Source: Dictyostelium discoideum
Lineage: Eukaryota
DNA: 64,000 nucleotides
Assembly: GCA_000004695.1 (NCBI GenBank)
Contig: CM000150.2
Location: 1,952,001-2,016,000 of the forward strand
Direction of reading: 5' to 3'
Each line of letters begins with the position of its first letter. Position 1 is the stretch's first letter. The notes beneath the pieces were generated by a model. That model had not been told where the DNA came from and made no database searches. It saw only the letters and a program-made list of their open reading frames with translations. Below are positions 63,901-64,000 of the stretch, one piece after another. A program made the position numbers and the translations under genes.

Positions 63901-64000
63901 GGTTTATATTTTAATTATGGTATTCATTATTGTTTATATAATTATTTTTAGTATTTATATTATTTATAATTATAAACTCGAGTTAATAGAATTATTATTA
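63473..64000. mobile_element. Terminus of a second DNA-transposon-like element. It shares the 16-bp Tdd-4 terminus TGTTGTAGGGAATTTT, then diverges: a 14-bp-stem hairpin GTGAATTTTTACAC...GTGTAAAAATTCAC, then long poly-T/poly-A. It runs off the window.
   Basis: The shared terminal 16-mer and the subterminal palindrome are seen directly. The other end is outside the window. Confidence 0.45.

Overview
This window is AT-rich amoebozoan nuclear DNA of Dictyostelium discoideum type. The evidence is long poly(A)/poly(T) tracts, (AAT)n-encoded poly-Asn/Gln proteins, short AT-rich GTAAGT...AG introns and tRNA-gene-targeted retroelements. I see three kinds of content.

- **Housekeeping genes (about 5-43 kb).** These are ordinary, mostly intron-containing genes:
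  - an FHA + Pin1-type parvulin PPIase
  - a KCTD9-like BTB/pentapeptide protein
  - a UBE2W-like E2
  - a DMT/SLC35-like transporter
  - a huge N/Q-rich zinc-finger gene
  - the PH-domain AKT kinase pkbA
  - a P-loop GTPase
  - a SAM-methyltransferase
  - a Stealth (GlcNAc-1-phosphotransferase-like) gene with a frame break
  - CTU2
  - TRAPPC13
  - LSm5
  - a PPR + TrmB-like methyltransferase
  - selenoprotein K with an in-frame TGA

- **tRNA genes acting as retrotransposon landmarks.** There are four:
  - tRNA-Asn(GTT) at 4750: a TRE5-A-like element (minus strand, ORF1+ORF2) sits about 51 bp upstream. Its 5' end carries 4.4 tandem 199-bp modules.
  - tRNA-Asn(GTT) at 18455: a near-intact TRE3-type element (ORF1 + APE/RT ORF2) is inserted 26 bp downstream, between the tRNA and its ex-B box. 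It has a 12-bp TSD.
  - tRNA-Thr(AGT) at 43560: TRE3 C-module and a TRE3-like ORF2 3' fragment lie downstream.
  - tRNA-Thr(AGT) at 45247: a TRE5-A remnant lies upstream. A degenerate TRE3 copy with an internal 344-bp inversion, a solo TRE3 remnant, and a B-box-containing palindrome lie downstream.

- **A transposon-rich, repeat-structured zone (49.6-64 kb).** It contains:
  - a Tdd-4-like DNA transposon, 58196-62799, with 146-bp TIRs, a GTCAT TSD and a multi-exon c-integrase gene; it has split a host-family gene in two
  - a second related TIR terminus at 63473
  - a 4.6-kb unit, 52445-57057, bounded by ~650-bp inverted repeats that each carry a small basic-protein gene and flank a secreted coiled-coil/Gly-rich gene
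  - tRNA-like remnants and 12-bp satellites
  - a recurring divergent two-gene unit: a small Cys protein plus a secreted protein

All calls come from reading the sequence and ORF track; no database search was possible.
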